From Hymenobacter sp. (GTDB lineage: Bacteria; Bacteroidota; Bacteroidia; Cytophagales; Hymenobacteraceae), in the NCBI GenBank assembly GCA_025353745.1, contig JANXOE010000302.1, positions 1 to 49,815 on the forward strand: a DNA stretch of 49,815 nucleotides. The letters are read 5' to 3'. How positions within the stretch are numbered: position 1 is the stretch's first letter; the number at the start of each line of letters is the position of its first letter. The notes beneath the pieces are model-generated. The model was not told the DNA's origin, did not search any database, and saw only the letters and a program-made list of their open reading frames with translations. Made by a program: the position numbers and the translations under genes. Below, piece after piece: positions 1 to 8,892 of the stretch.

Positions 1-1
1 C

Positions 2-79
2 GCCGCGCGCGACACCATTCCCGACGACCAGAAACTGGCCCCGCCCGCCCCCGAGGGCCCCGACAAGCAGGACATTTAG
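2..79 (+). CDS. 3' end (partial, runs off window) of a second copy of the class A PBP gene: AARDTIPDDQKLAPPAPEGPDKQDI*
   Basis: Frame +2 translation matches the C-terminus of ORF 354..932(-) (AARDTIPDDQKLALPAPDGPDKQDI) with 2 aa changes; TAG at 77-79. Confidence 0.75.
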   Translation, partial: AARDTIPDDQKLAPPAPEGPDKQDI

Positions 80-146
80 CGCGGCTGCCCGCGCGATGCC
101 CGGCGCCGCGCCGTCCAAAAACGAACGGTTTTGAATGCCGCCGCCG

Positions 147-286
147 GTAGAGACGCGACCCTTCGCGTCTCTACCGTTGCCAGCAATCCTGATCGTTCAG
201 CGATGGAGACGCGAAGGGTCGCGTCTCTACAGGCGGCGGCATTCAAAACCGGGCAACGATGGGGGCGCGAAGGGCCGCGTCGCTAC
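147..286. repeat. Cluster of three GTAG-type REP-like palindromes (147-174 +, 203-230 -, degenerate 259-286 -)
   Basis: GTAGAGACGCGA-CCCT-TCGCGTCTCTAC hairpin at 147-174; near-identical inverted copy at 203-230; decayed copy at 259-286; a GTAG foot next to a hairpin is the REP hallmark. Confidence 0.75.
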
Positions 287-353
287 CGGCGGCGGCATTC
301 AAAACCGTTCGTTTTTGGACGGCGCGGCGCCGGGCATTGCGCGGGCAGCCGCC

Positions 354-2702
354 CTAAATGTCCTGCTTGTCGGGGCCGTCGGGGGCGGGCAGGGCCAGTT
401 TCTGGTCGTCGGGAATGGTGTCGCGCGCGGCGGCCCCGGTGTACTTCGCGCAGTCGATTTCGATGCTCAGCGGCTTGGCCGGCAGCGGGAAGGGCCCCCG
501 GTTGACGGCCAGCTCCTTGTCGGCGTACACCTTCTTCATGAAAATGCCGTAGAGCGGCAGCGCCAGGCGGGCCCCCTGCCCGTAGGCCCCGGTGCGGAAG
601 TGGATGCTGCGGTCCTCGCCGCCCACCCACATGCCGCAGACCAGGTCGGGCGTCAGGCCCATGAACCAGGCGTCGGAGTAGTTGGAGGTGGTGCCGGTCT
701 TGGCCCCGATTTCGTAGGGGAAGTTGAAGCCCGTGTGCAGGATGGTGCTGGTGCCGCCGGGCTCCGTGGTGCTGGCCTGGAGCATGTTGGTCATGATGTA
801 GGCCGTTTCCTCGCTCAGCACCTCCTTGGTTTGGGGCAGAAAGTCGCGCAGCACGTTGCCGTTCTTGTCCTCGATGCGCGTCACCAGCAGCGGGGCCGTC
901 CACACGCCCTTGTTCACGAAGGTGGAGTACACGCCGCACAGCTAGAAGATGCTGCAATCCGACGCGCCGAAGCCCACCGAGGGCACCGCGTCAATCGGCG
1001 AAGTGATGCCCAGGCGCTTGGCGTAGCCCACCACAATGTCGGGCGTGAGCTTGAACACGAGCCACGCCGTGATGGAGTTCATGGAGCGGGCCAGGGCCTG
1101 GCGCAGCGTGAAGGTGCGCCCCGAGTAGCCGCCCTCGAAGTTCTGGGGCGTGTAGGGGGCCCGGCCGGCCACGGCCGGGAAGGTGGTGGCCACGTCGGGC
1201 CGCGGGTAGCACGGCGAGTAGCCCTGGTCGATGGCCGCCGTGTACACGATGGGCTTGAAGGTGGAGCCGGGCTGGCGCTTGCCCTGGCGCACGTGGTCGA
1301 ACTGAAAATACTTGTAGTTGGCGCCGCCCACCCAGGCCTTCACCTGGCCGTTGAGCGGGTTCATGGCCATGAAGCCGGCCTGCAAATAGCGCTTGTAGTA
1401 GGCCAGCGAGTCGAGCGGCGAGAAGTACATCTCCTTCTCGCCCTGCCAGGTGAAGACCGGCATCTTGTACTTCTTGCGCAGGTAGTAGTTCACCGAGTCG
1501 CGGTTGCCGTCGTAGATGTTCATCAGCGACTTGTAGCGCTCGGTGCGGCGCATGGCGATGTTGAGGAAGTTGGGGATGACCTTGCCGTTCTCGTCGCGCC
1601 AGGGCAGCTGGCCCTTCCAGTGCTGGGTGAACCACTTTTGCTGCAAGGCCAGGTGCTCGTTCACCGCCTGCTCGGCGTATTTCTGCATCCGCGAGTCGAT
1701 GGTGGTGTAAATCTTCAGGCCGTCGGCGTACAGGTCGTGGTCGGTTTCCTTGGCCCAGGCCAGCAGCGACTTCGCCACCTCGGTGCGGAAGTAGGGGGCG
1801 AGGCCCTTGGTGGCGTTTTCCACGCTGTAGTGCAGCACGATGGGCTGGGCCGTGTCGGCGGCCAGCTCGGCGGCGGGCAGGTAGTGGGCCTTGGCCATCT
1901 GGCGCAGCACCCAGTTGCGGCGGCGGCGCGAGCGGTCGGGGTGGGCCTTGGGGCTGAAGCGGCCGGGCGCGTTCACGATGCCCACCAGCGTGGCCGCTTC
2001 GGGCGTGGTCAGGGCCCTAGGCGTTTTGTTGAAGAACGTCTTGGCCGCCGTGTTGATGCCGTAGGCGTTCGAGCCGTACTCCACCGTGTTGAGGTACATG
2101 CGCAGGATTTCGCGCTTGGTGTAGTTGCGCTCCAGGCGGATGGCCAGCAGCCATTCCTTGGTTTTGGCCACCAGAATGCCGATTTTGCCGCTGCCGTTCA
2201 GCAGGCCGTCGTTCAGGGTGTTGGGCTGGTCGGGGCGGGTTTTGAACAGCACCTTGGCCACCTGCTGCGTGAGCGTGGAGCCCCCGCCGCCGCGGCCCAG
2301 GGCCACCACCGCCCGCGAAATGCTGCGCGGGTCGATGCCCGAGTGCTGCTCGAAGCGCACGTCCTCGGTGGCCACCAGCGCGTCGATCAGGTTTTGCGGC
2401 AGGTCGTTGTAGTCGGCCGGCGTGCGGTTCTCGCGGAAGTACTTGCCCAGCAGCACGCCGTCGGCCGAATAGACTTCCGAGGCCAGCTCGGAGTGCGGGT
2501 TTTCGAGCGACTTGAGGTTGGGCATCCGCCCGAACAGGTTCATGAAGTTGCTGTTCACGGCCAGCACGTAGAGGCCCGCCGCCAGCACGCCGCCGCCAAA
2601 CAGCACCCACAAAGTGCGCACAAAAGCCGTGTAGCGCCCCGGCCGGGCCGGGGCGGGGCCGCTTTTGGGCCGGCGGGGCGGAGCGGTAGAGTAGTCAGGC
2701 AT
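354..2702 (-). pseudogene. Class A penicillin-binding protein (PBP1A-like transglycosylase/transpeptidase) interrupted by in-frame TAG at 942-944
   Basis: N-terminal TM helix; GT51 motifs EDxRFxxHxG, GGSTLTQQ, RKxxE-like KTKE; TPase SxxK (STFK) and SxN (SMN). The KTG motif (AKTGTT) lies in the same frame after the stop: ...DCSIF*LCGVYSTFVNKG... Confidence 0.8.
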
Positions 2703-2792
2703 AAGCAGGGGAATGCAAAATCAACAGGCAAAAATAAAGCCCCCGGCCTGCGCCGCCGCTGCCCGGCCAAAAGGGCCCCGGCTCCGGGGGCC

Positions 2793-5700
2793 CTACTTGT
2801 ATATTTTCTGAAAAAATGCCTGGTAGCCGGCCAGGTCGCCGGAGCTTTGCAGCAGCGCCAGGTTTTCGAGGCTGATGACCAGCACCTGGTAGCCTTGCCC
2901 GCGCAGGCGCCCCAGCGGCGACTGGGGCCCCCGCAGCTTGGTGGCGTAGCTCTGCGCCACCTTGGCCCCGGCCAGCGGCCGCACCACCAGCAAATCCTGC
3001 GCAGCGTCGAGCGGCTGCGGCTGCACCTGCAAGTTAGCGTCGCGGAAGAAGCGCCCGTTGTACGTGCCCAGCAGCGCGGCCAGGTCGGCCACCGGCGGCG
3101 TGCCCTTGGCAAACACCAGCACCACGGCGTGGGCTGCGCTCAGCTGCGTGGTGTAGGCCGTGGTGGGGGCCGTCGGCGCGGGGGGCAAGGCGGGCGGCGC
3201 GGCGGGCGCGGCGGCCCCGGCTACCGGCGCGGCGCTGGGGCCCCCCGGGGCCGGCGTGCCCGCCGCAGGAGCCGGCTTGGGGCCGGCTGGCGCAGCGGCG
3301 GCCGGCGCCGGGGCCTTCCGGGGCGCCGTCGGCGGGCCGGCCGCGGCGGGCGGCACTTTGGCAGCAGCCGGCACCGCCGCGGCCGGCGATTCGTCGGCCT
3401 GGTAATAAACGCGCAGCCGGTTGTCTATCTCCCCGGGCCGGAAAATGGAGACGGCCGGCTTGTCGGTCGACGCCAGGGCCCCGGTTATCTGGCCGGCGTC
3501 CTGCTTTTTGTAGGTGCTGGCCAGGGCCTGGGCTTCGGGCACGAGCGGGCTGTCGGGGTAATCTTTGTAAAACTGCTCCACCAAGCGGCGGGCCGTCAGC
3601 GCCGGCTGGGTGCGCGCGGCGAGCAGCGTTTTCAAGTACGCCACCCGGTCGCTCAGGTCGCTTTTGGGGTAGCGGCGCTGGGTGCGGGCCAGCACGGCCC
3701 CCGCCTTGCGGAACTCCTGGTTTTTGTAGAGCACAAACGCCGAATCGAGCCCAGCGGCCACGGCGTTGTGCAAGGCCAACTCGTGCTCGCGGTACAGCGG
3801 GTCGGCCACCAGCTTGGCATAAAGCGACTGCGGAAACTCGCGCTGCAAATCCGCCGCGTACGCCGCCGCTTTGGCCGGGTCGGGCAAGCCCTTGTAGTGC
3901 AGGTAAAGCAGGTAGTAGGCGTCGGGCGCGTGGGGCCCCCGGGGGTAGCGCTGCACCTGCTGCGCATAGGCGGCAATGCCCCGGTCGCGCTCCTTCAATT
4001 GCTCCTTGTAAATGTTGCCCAGCGCGTAAAGCGCCGCTTCAATCTGGTCGTTCGATGCCTGCAGCTTTTCGGGCGTGGTGGGCAGGGCTTGGCGGTACTG
4101 GGCCACCACGGCTTGCTTTTCGGCGGCGGGGTCGGCGGCCGGGGCCGCGCCGGGGCCGTTGGGGGCCCCGGCCGGGTTCACGCGGGTGTCGGCGTTGCCG
4201 GTCACGGCCAGGGGCACGCCGCCGTTGGCGGGGGTGTTGGGCGAGTTGCTGGGCTGGCTGGTGGTGCGCCAGTTGTCCTGCAAGCGGCGGTCGCCCCAGC
4301 GCCGCAGAAAGTCGGAGCGGGCAATGCCCAGCGTCGCGGGGTTGTCGAAGTACCACTGGGCCCCCGTGCCGGCCGCGGTGGGGTCGTAGGCCAGCGGGTC
4401 GGGGGCCGTCTGGCCGTTGGGCAGCGCGCTCAGCGCGCTGCTGGTGGGCACCGTTCGCCCGGCCAGCTCGGCGGCCCGGGCCTGGGCTTTGTCGGCCAGC
4501 GCCTGCTTGGCAACGGCGCGCTGGCGGGCCTCCAGCTCGGCGGTGGCGTACTGGCCGAGGCGCTGGTCGAGGGCGGCGGCGTCGAGCCGGGCCAGGGCCT
4601 GGAGGCTGTCCTGGGTTTCGACGATGGTGTACTGCTTGGCGAATTCCCGCAGCACATCGGCCCGCTCCTTGATGGCGGCGTAGGTGCGGTCGGTCGTGGC
4701 CAGGTTCTGCACCGTGCTGTCGTAGTAAGCCGCAGCGAGCGGATATTTCTGCAGGTTTTCGTAGTAGATGCGCCCCGCCAGCAGGTAGGTATAGCTTTTC
4801 TGCGAGCGGTTGGTGGTGCTGGCCTTCACCGACTTGTGCAGCTGGGCCAGGGCCCCGGGGTAGTCCTGCCCGCGGTAGGCCCGCCGCGCCATCTCGTAGT
4901 AAATCTTGTCGCGGTACTCTTTATTCTTCGTGTCTTTCAGCAGCGCGGCGAAATACTTGTCGAGCCGCGCCCGGTTTTGCGCGTCGAGGCCCGACACCTG
5001 GGCCAGCAGCAGCTTGGCAAAAAAGTCCAGCTCGTAGGGCGGGTTGTGGGCCAGGATGTTATCGAGCTCGGCCACCGCCTTTTTGTCGTCGCCCTGCTCC
5101 TGGTAAAGCTGGGCCAGCAGGTAGCGGGTGCGCGAGCGCTCGTTTTTCTTCTCAATCAGCGGAATGGCTTTTTCGAGCTGCGGAATGGCGCGCTTGGGCT
5201 GCTCGGTGCGCAGGTAGTAGTCGGCGCGGGTCAGGAACAGCTCGCGGGCGTCGGCCGTCAGGCCGGTTTCCTTGTCGAGCAGGTCCGACACGGCCCGGGC
5301 GCTTTCCAGCTCGTTGGTGGCCACGAAGGTGCGCATCAGCCCGATAAGGCCCTCGTGCCGGGCGTTGGGGTCCTTGCTGGTCGAGTTCACGTACTTGAAC
5401 GTCAGCGCCGCGTCGTCGAACTGCATCGAATAAAACCGGGCCCAGGCCACCAGCAAGTAGGCGTCGTCGGTCCAGTCGGAGCCCGGCCGGTTTTGGATCG
5501 GCATCGACGCCTTTTTGATGATGTCGTTGAGGTCGGCGCGGCTGGCCCGCACGCTGGCGCTGTCGAGGGTCGGGAACAGCGGCAGGCGCTGGTTGTAGTC
5601 GTTCACCCGCCCGGCGTAGAGCTTGGTTTCGGTGGCGCGCAGCTTCTCGCGGGCCAGAAAGAACGCGTTGTCGCGGGCCGCCACGTTGTTCAGGGCGTGG

Positions 5701-5798
5701 CCCACCAGGCCCTTGTCGGCCGCACAGCCGCCCAGCAGCCCCAGCAGCAGCAGTCCGGCCCACGCCAGCCAACGGAAATTCAGCGAATGATGGTGCAT
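2793..5798 (-). CDS. sprE: TPR lipoprotein, T9SS/gliding component SprE/PorW-like (~1001 aa)
   Basis: Lipobox LLGGC; N-terminal ...NNVAARDNAFF...; multiple TPRs; conserved WYFDN...F.RRWGDR.LQDNWR block; divergent from the atp operon as in other Bacteroidota; start refined to ATG 5798. Confidence 0.75.
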   Translation of the reverse strand: MHHHSLNFRWLAWAGLLLLGLLGGCAADKGLVGHALNNVAARDNAFFLAREKLRATETKLYAGRVNDYNQRLPLFPTLDSASVRASRADLNDIIKKASMPIQNRPGSDWTDDAYLLVAWARFYSMQFDDAALTFKYVNSTSKDPNARHEGLIGLMRTFVATNELESARAVSDLLDKETGLTADARELFLTRADYYLRTEQPKRAIPQLEKAIPLIEKKNERSRTRYLLAQLYQEQGDDKKAVAELDNILAHNPPYELDFFAKLLLAQVSGLDAQNRARLDKYFAALLKDTKNKEYRDKIYYEMARRAYRGQDYPGALAQLHKSVKASTTNRSQKSYTYLLAGRIYYENLQKYPLAAAYYDSTVQNLATTDRTYAAIKERADVLREFAKQYTIVETQDSLQALARLDAAALDQRLGQYATAELEARQRAVAKQALADKAQARAAELAGRTVPTSSALSALPNGQTAPDPLAYDPTAAGTGAQWYFDNPATLGIARSDFLRRWGDRRLQDNWRTTSQPSNSPNTPANGGVPLAVTGNADTRVNPAGAPNGPGAAPAADPAAEKQAVVAQYRQALPTTPEKLQASNDQIEAALYALGNIYKEQLKERDRGIAAYAQQVQRYPRGPHAPDAYYLLYLHYKGLPDPAKAAAYAADLQREFPQSLYAKLVADPLYREHELALHNAVAAGLDSAFVLYKNQEFRKAGAVLARTQRRYPKSDLSDRVAYLKTLLAARTQPALTARRLVEQFYKDYPDSPLVPEAQALASTYKKQDAGQITGALASTDKPAVSIFRPGEIDNRLRVYYQADESPAAAVPAAAKVPPAAAGPPTAPRKAPAPAAAAPAGPKPAPAAGTPAPGGPSAAPVAGAAAPAAPPALPPAPTAPTTAYTTQLSAAHAVVLVFAKGTPPVADLAALLGTYNGRFFRDANLQVQPQPLDAAQDLLVVRPLAGAKVAQSYATKLRGPQSPLGRLRGQGYQVLVISLENLALLQSSGDLAGYQAFFQKIYK

Positions 5799-5949
5799 CA
5801 AAGCGAATGAGATAAAAGCCGGCCCCAGGGCCCCAATCCTGCGCCGGGCCCGAAATGTTCGCCAAATCGGGCCCCGCCTGGGGCTTACCAACGGCCGCGG
5901 CCGGGTAAAATTACGTTTCGCCGCCCCAAACCCCGCCCGGTCTGCGCCG

Positions 5950-5957
5950 TAGCTTTG
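5950..5957 (+). promoter_or_regulatory. Bacteroidota housekeeping -7 promoter box (TAGCTTTG) for the atp operon
   Basis: Matches TAnnTTTG about 25 nt upstream of the first atp-operon ATG. Confidence 0.55.
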
Positions 5958-5981
5958 CGGCCCGTCCTTCACGCCCCGCTC

Positions 5982-6239
5982 ATGCCCCACGCGCCCGCCC
6001 CCGTCCCCGGCCCCGAGTCTGACCCCGCCGCTTCCGGCGCCGACCGGGCGCGCGCCGTTGCCAAGTACTCCGGCATGGCCATTCAGATGCTGGCCACCAT
6101 CGGCCTCAGCGCCTGGGCCGGCGTGCGGCTCGACGCCCATTTTCAAACCAAAACGCCTTGGTACACCATCGGGCTGATGCTGGCGGGCGTGCTGGTGGCC
6201 CTCTACCAAGTCATTCGTTCCCTTACCAAAGGCGCCTAG
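5982..6239 (+). CDS. AtpZ/AtpI family membrane protein
   Basis: KYSGMAIQM...G.WLD...TPW two-TM pattern; first gene of the atp operon. Confidence 0.8.
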   Translation: MPHAPAPVPGPESDPAASGADRARAVAKYSGMAIQMLATIGLSAWAGVRLDAHFQTKTPWYTIGLMLAGVLVALYQVIRSLTKGA

Positions 6240-6252
6240 CGCCCGACCCGCC

Positions 6253-6660
6253 ATGCCCGTTTTTCTGCGGCCGTTTCTAGCTTTCTGCCTCGTAGTCGGG
6301 CTGGCCGTTTACGGCTTGCACGCCGCCTTCGGGGCCGCCGTGGTGCACCCGTTGGCCCCGTACCTGTTGGCCGGGCTGGCCGCCCTCACCTTCATCGGGT
6401 TGGCCCTCACAGCCCGCGCTATCCGCACCAACCCCGACAACTTTCTGGCCGCCTACTTCGGCTCCGTGGCGCTGCGGCTGGTAGTCGGATTGGGGGCCGT
6501 TTTGGCGTACTTATACAACGGTGGGGCCCACGCCGGACGGGCCACTTACACCTTCCTGGGGGCCTTCTTCATACTGTACTTTCTCTTTGCTGGATTTGAA
6601 ATTTGGGCTATTTTGACTAACTTGCGGCCGTTTTCCAAAAAACAAATGCCGGAGCAATAG
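6253..6660 (+). CDS. 4-TM membrane protein (AtpI-like) of the atp operon
   Basis: Four hydrophobic segments; located between the atpZ-like gene and atpB. Confidence 0.7.
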   Translation: MPVFLRPFLAFCLVVGLAVYGLHAAFGAAVVHPLAPYLLAGLAALTFIGLALTARAIRTNPDNFLAAYFGSVALRLVVGLGAVLAYLYNGGAHAGRATYTFLGAFFILYFLFAGFEIWAILTNLRPFSKKQMPEQ

Positions 6661-6696
6661 TCAGTTACTTCGGTTTGTGGTCTCAAGTTTTTTTGA

Positions 6697-7788
6697 ATGA
6701 AGCATTTACTGTCGATTCTCCTCTTTCTGCTAACCTTGCCGGTTTTTGCCAACGAGCCCGCCAAGGGCGCTGAGTCGGCCCAAGCCTTTAACCCCGGGGA
6801 AGTTATTTTGCACCACGTGGCCGACTCGCACGAGTGGCATTGGTTCTCGACCGACAACGGCAATTTCGTTAGCTACTTCCCCATCATCGCCTACCAGCCC
6901 GGCAAGGGCCTGGCGGTGTTCTCGTCGGAGAAAGTAGCCGAGGGCAAGAGCTACGACAACTTCAAGCTCAACGAAGAACACCTGACCACGCTCGACGGCA
7001 GCAAGGTCTACGACTTCTCCATCACCAAAAACGTGGTCGCGCTGGCCATCAGCAGCATCCTGCTCGTGGTGGTATTCGTCTCGGTAGCCGGCAGTTACCG
7101 CCGCCGCGCCGGCCAGGCCCCCAGCGGTATGCAGTCGTTCCTGGAGCCGTTTGTGGTGTTCATCCGCGACGAAGTGGGCAAGAAGAGCATCGGGCCCAAG
7201 TACGAGCGGTACATGCCGTACCTGCTCACCCTGTTTTTCTTCATCTGGTTCAACAACCTGCTGGGCCTCACGCCCGGCGCCGCCAACCTCACCGGCAACA
7301 TCGCCGTAACGATGATGCTGGCCCTGGTCACGCTGGTTATCACGCTGGTCAGCGGCAACAAAAACTATTGGGGGCACATTTTCGCCCCTCCCGGGGTGCC
7401 GTGGCCGCTCTACATCATCATGGTGCCGGTCGAGCTGATTGGCATCATCGTGAAGCCCTTTTCGCTCATGGTGCGGCTATTCGCCAACATCACCGCCGGG
7501 CACATCATCATCCTGAGCTTTATCAGCCTGATTTTTATCTTCCGCACGGCGGCGGCGGGCTTGTTGTCGGTTCCGTTCGGCTTGTTTATCAGCGTGCTGG
7601 AGCTGCTCGTAGCCATCCTGCAAGCCTACATCTTCACGCTGCTCACCGCCATGTACATCGGCAGTGCGGTGGAGGACCACCACGAGGAGCACGACGGCGC
7701 TCACGCCAATGATTTCGGTACCGCAGAACAACGCCAAGGCGGTTCTGACCTGGGCCACTTCGCCCAACCCAACGTCGCGGCGCACTAG
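6697..7788 (+). CDS. atpB: F0 ATP synthase subunit a
   Basis: KPFSLMVRLFANITAGH (essential Arg), ELLVAILQAYIFTLL; Bacteroidota-type N-terminal extension. Confidence 0.97.
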   Translation: MKHLLSILLFLLTLPVFANEPAKGAESAQAFNPGEVILHHVADSHEWHWFSTDNGNFVSYFPIIAYQPGKGLAVFSSEKVAEGKSYDNFKLNEEHLTTLDGSKVYDFSITKNVVALAISSILLVVVFVSVAGSYRRRAGQAPSGMQSFLEPFVVFIRDEVGKKSIGPKYERYMPYLLTLFFFIWFNNLLGLTPGAANLTGNIAVTMMLALVTLVITLVSGNKNYWGHIFAPPGVPWPLYIIMVPVELIGIIVKPFSLMVRLFANITAGHIIILSFISLIFIFRTAAAGLLSVPFGLFISVLELLVAILQAYIFTLLTAMYIGSAVEDHHEEHDGAHANDFGTAEQRQGGSDLGHFAQPNVAAH

Positions 7789-7866
7789 TAAGCCGCCCCG
7801 GCCCCGGGGCCCTCTGCGCTTTTCTGATCTTACGTTTTTCTTTTTTTCAACACACTTCCTTTTACC

Positions 7867-8127
7867 ATGCTTCTCTCGTTGTTACTGCAAGTTGTTAATT
7901 CAGTTGGTTTGGCCGTAATGGGTGCCGGTATTGGCGCTGGTTTGGCCATCGTGGGCGCAGGCCTGGGCATCGGCCGCATCGGCGGCAGCGCCATGGAAGC
8001 CATCGGCCGTCAGCCGGAGGCTTCGGGCAAAATCCAGACTGCCATGCTCATCGTGGCCGCTCTGGTGGAAGGCGCGGCTTTGTTTGCCGTAGTAGTTTGC
8101 TTGCTCATCGCCCTGAAACTGCAATAA
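7867..8127 (+). CDS. atpE: F0 ATP synthase subunit c
   Basis: GxGxGxG helix, RQPE loop, conserved Glu in ALVEGA (no ES/ET Na+ signature). Confidence 0.97.
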   Translation: MLLSLLLQVVNSVGLAVMGAGIGAGLAIVGAGLGIGRIGGSAMEAIGRQPEASGKIQTAMLIVAALVEGAALFAVVVCLLIALKLQ

Positions 8128-8303
8128 TCGCGTTGACGAGCCCGGCCGGCTGACCTCCGCTTCGCTCCGGCGGGCGGGGGCCAGCCGCGCCGGGTTTCAT
8201 TCGTTACGGGCTGGGGCCGTCGGCCGGGGTGCTCCATCTGCGCCCGCCTAAGGCACCGAATACCCTGCCCATTTGTTAGTCAGGCTGCTAAATTGCTGTT
8301 ACC

Positions 8304-8798
8304 ATGTCGCTCATCACCCCCGAGTTTGGTTTGCTGTTCTGGCAAACCCTTATTTTTCTGATTCTCTTCTTGCTGCTGGCCAAGTTTGCTTGGAAGCCCA
8401 TCCTGGGGTCGCTGAAAGAGCGCGAGGACAGCATCGAAAGCGCCCTGCGCATGGCCGACCAAGCCAAAATTGAGATGCAGCAGCTGAAAGCCGGCAACGA
8501 GAAGCTGTTGGCCGAAGCCCGCCAGGAGCGCGACCGCATGATGCAGGAAGCCACCGCAATGGCCAACCAGCACCGCGAAACTGAGAAAGCCCGCGCCACC
8601 AGCGAAGCCAACCACATCGTGCAGCAAGCCCGCGAAGCCATTCAGGCCGAAAAAAACGCCGCCCTGGCCGAAGTGAAGAACACCGCCGCCCGCCTTTCGC
8701 TCGACATCGCCGAGCGCATCCTGCGTCGCGAGCTGGCCGACCCGGCCGCCCAAACGCAGCTGGTGGATTCGTACCTAAAAGAAGTAAAATTGAATTAG
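8304..8798 (+). CDS. atpF: F0 ATP synthase subunit b
   Basis: PEFGLLFWQ TM, KFAWKPIL..L.ERE..I, coiled coil. Confidence 0.96.
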   Translation: MSLITPEFGLLFWQTLIFLILFLLLAKFAWKPILGSLKEREDSIESALRMADQAKIEMQQLKAGNEKLLAEARQERDRMMQEATAMANQHRETEKARATSEANHIVQQAREAIQAEKNAALAEVKNTAARLSLDIAERILRRELADPAAQTQLVDSYLKEVKLN

Positions 8799-8892
8799 CC
8801 GTTGGTCAGCGGTTGTCGGCTTTACTAATTGGGGCTTGCCCATTTTTAGAAAAAGCCGATACCAAACGACTGATAACTAACAACAAAATCCT

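Larger units (their letters stand above)
1..432. repeat. Imperfect inverted repeat, arms 1..181 and 252..432
   Basis: Manual alignment of 1..181 with the reverse complement of 252..432 shows 10 mismatches (positions 42,55,80,95,151,158,168,170,172,174) and no gaps. Confidence 0.95.

Noticed and set aside
1-432. Hairpin telomere of a linear replicon
   Set aside because: The arms differ at 10 positions and the centre is asymmetric. The context is core chromosome with no protelomerase.
1-432. DGR template/variable repeat pair
   Set aside because: The mismatches are not adenine-specific, and no reverse transcriptase or Avd gene is in the window.
942-944. Genome-wide amber recoding or pyrrolysine
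   Set aside because: Many genes here end normally at TAG (atpB, atpF, atpA, rpsU, ahcY, tuf); there are no pyl genes or suppressor tRNA in the window.
3140-3400. Extremely GC-rich low-complexity tract
   Set aside because: It encodes the Pro/Ala linker of SprE and has no discrete repeat unit.
135-5810. 1891-aa plus-strand ORF, and other long antisense ORFs (e.g. 9433-10941, 33731-35323, 45373-47553, 16456-18471)
   Set aside because: Antisense shadows of real high-GC3 genes; low-complexity G/V/R/A content and no motifs.
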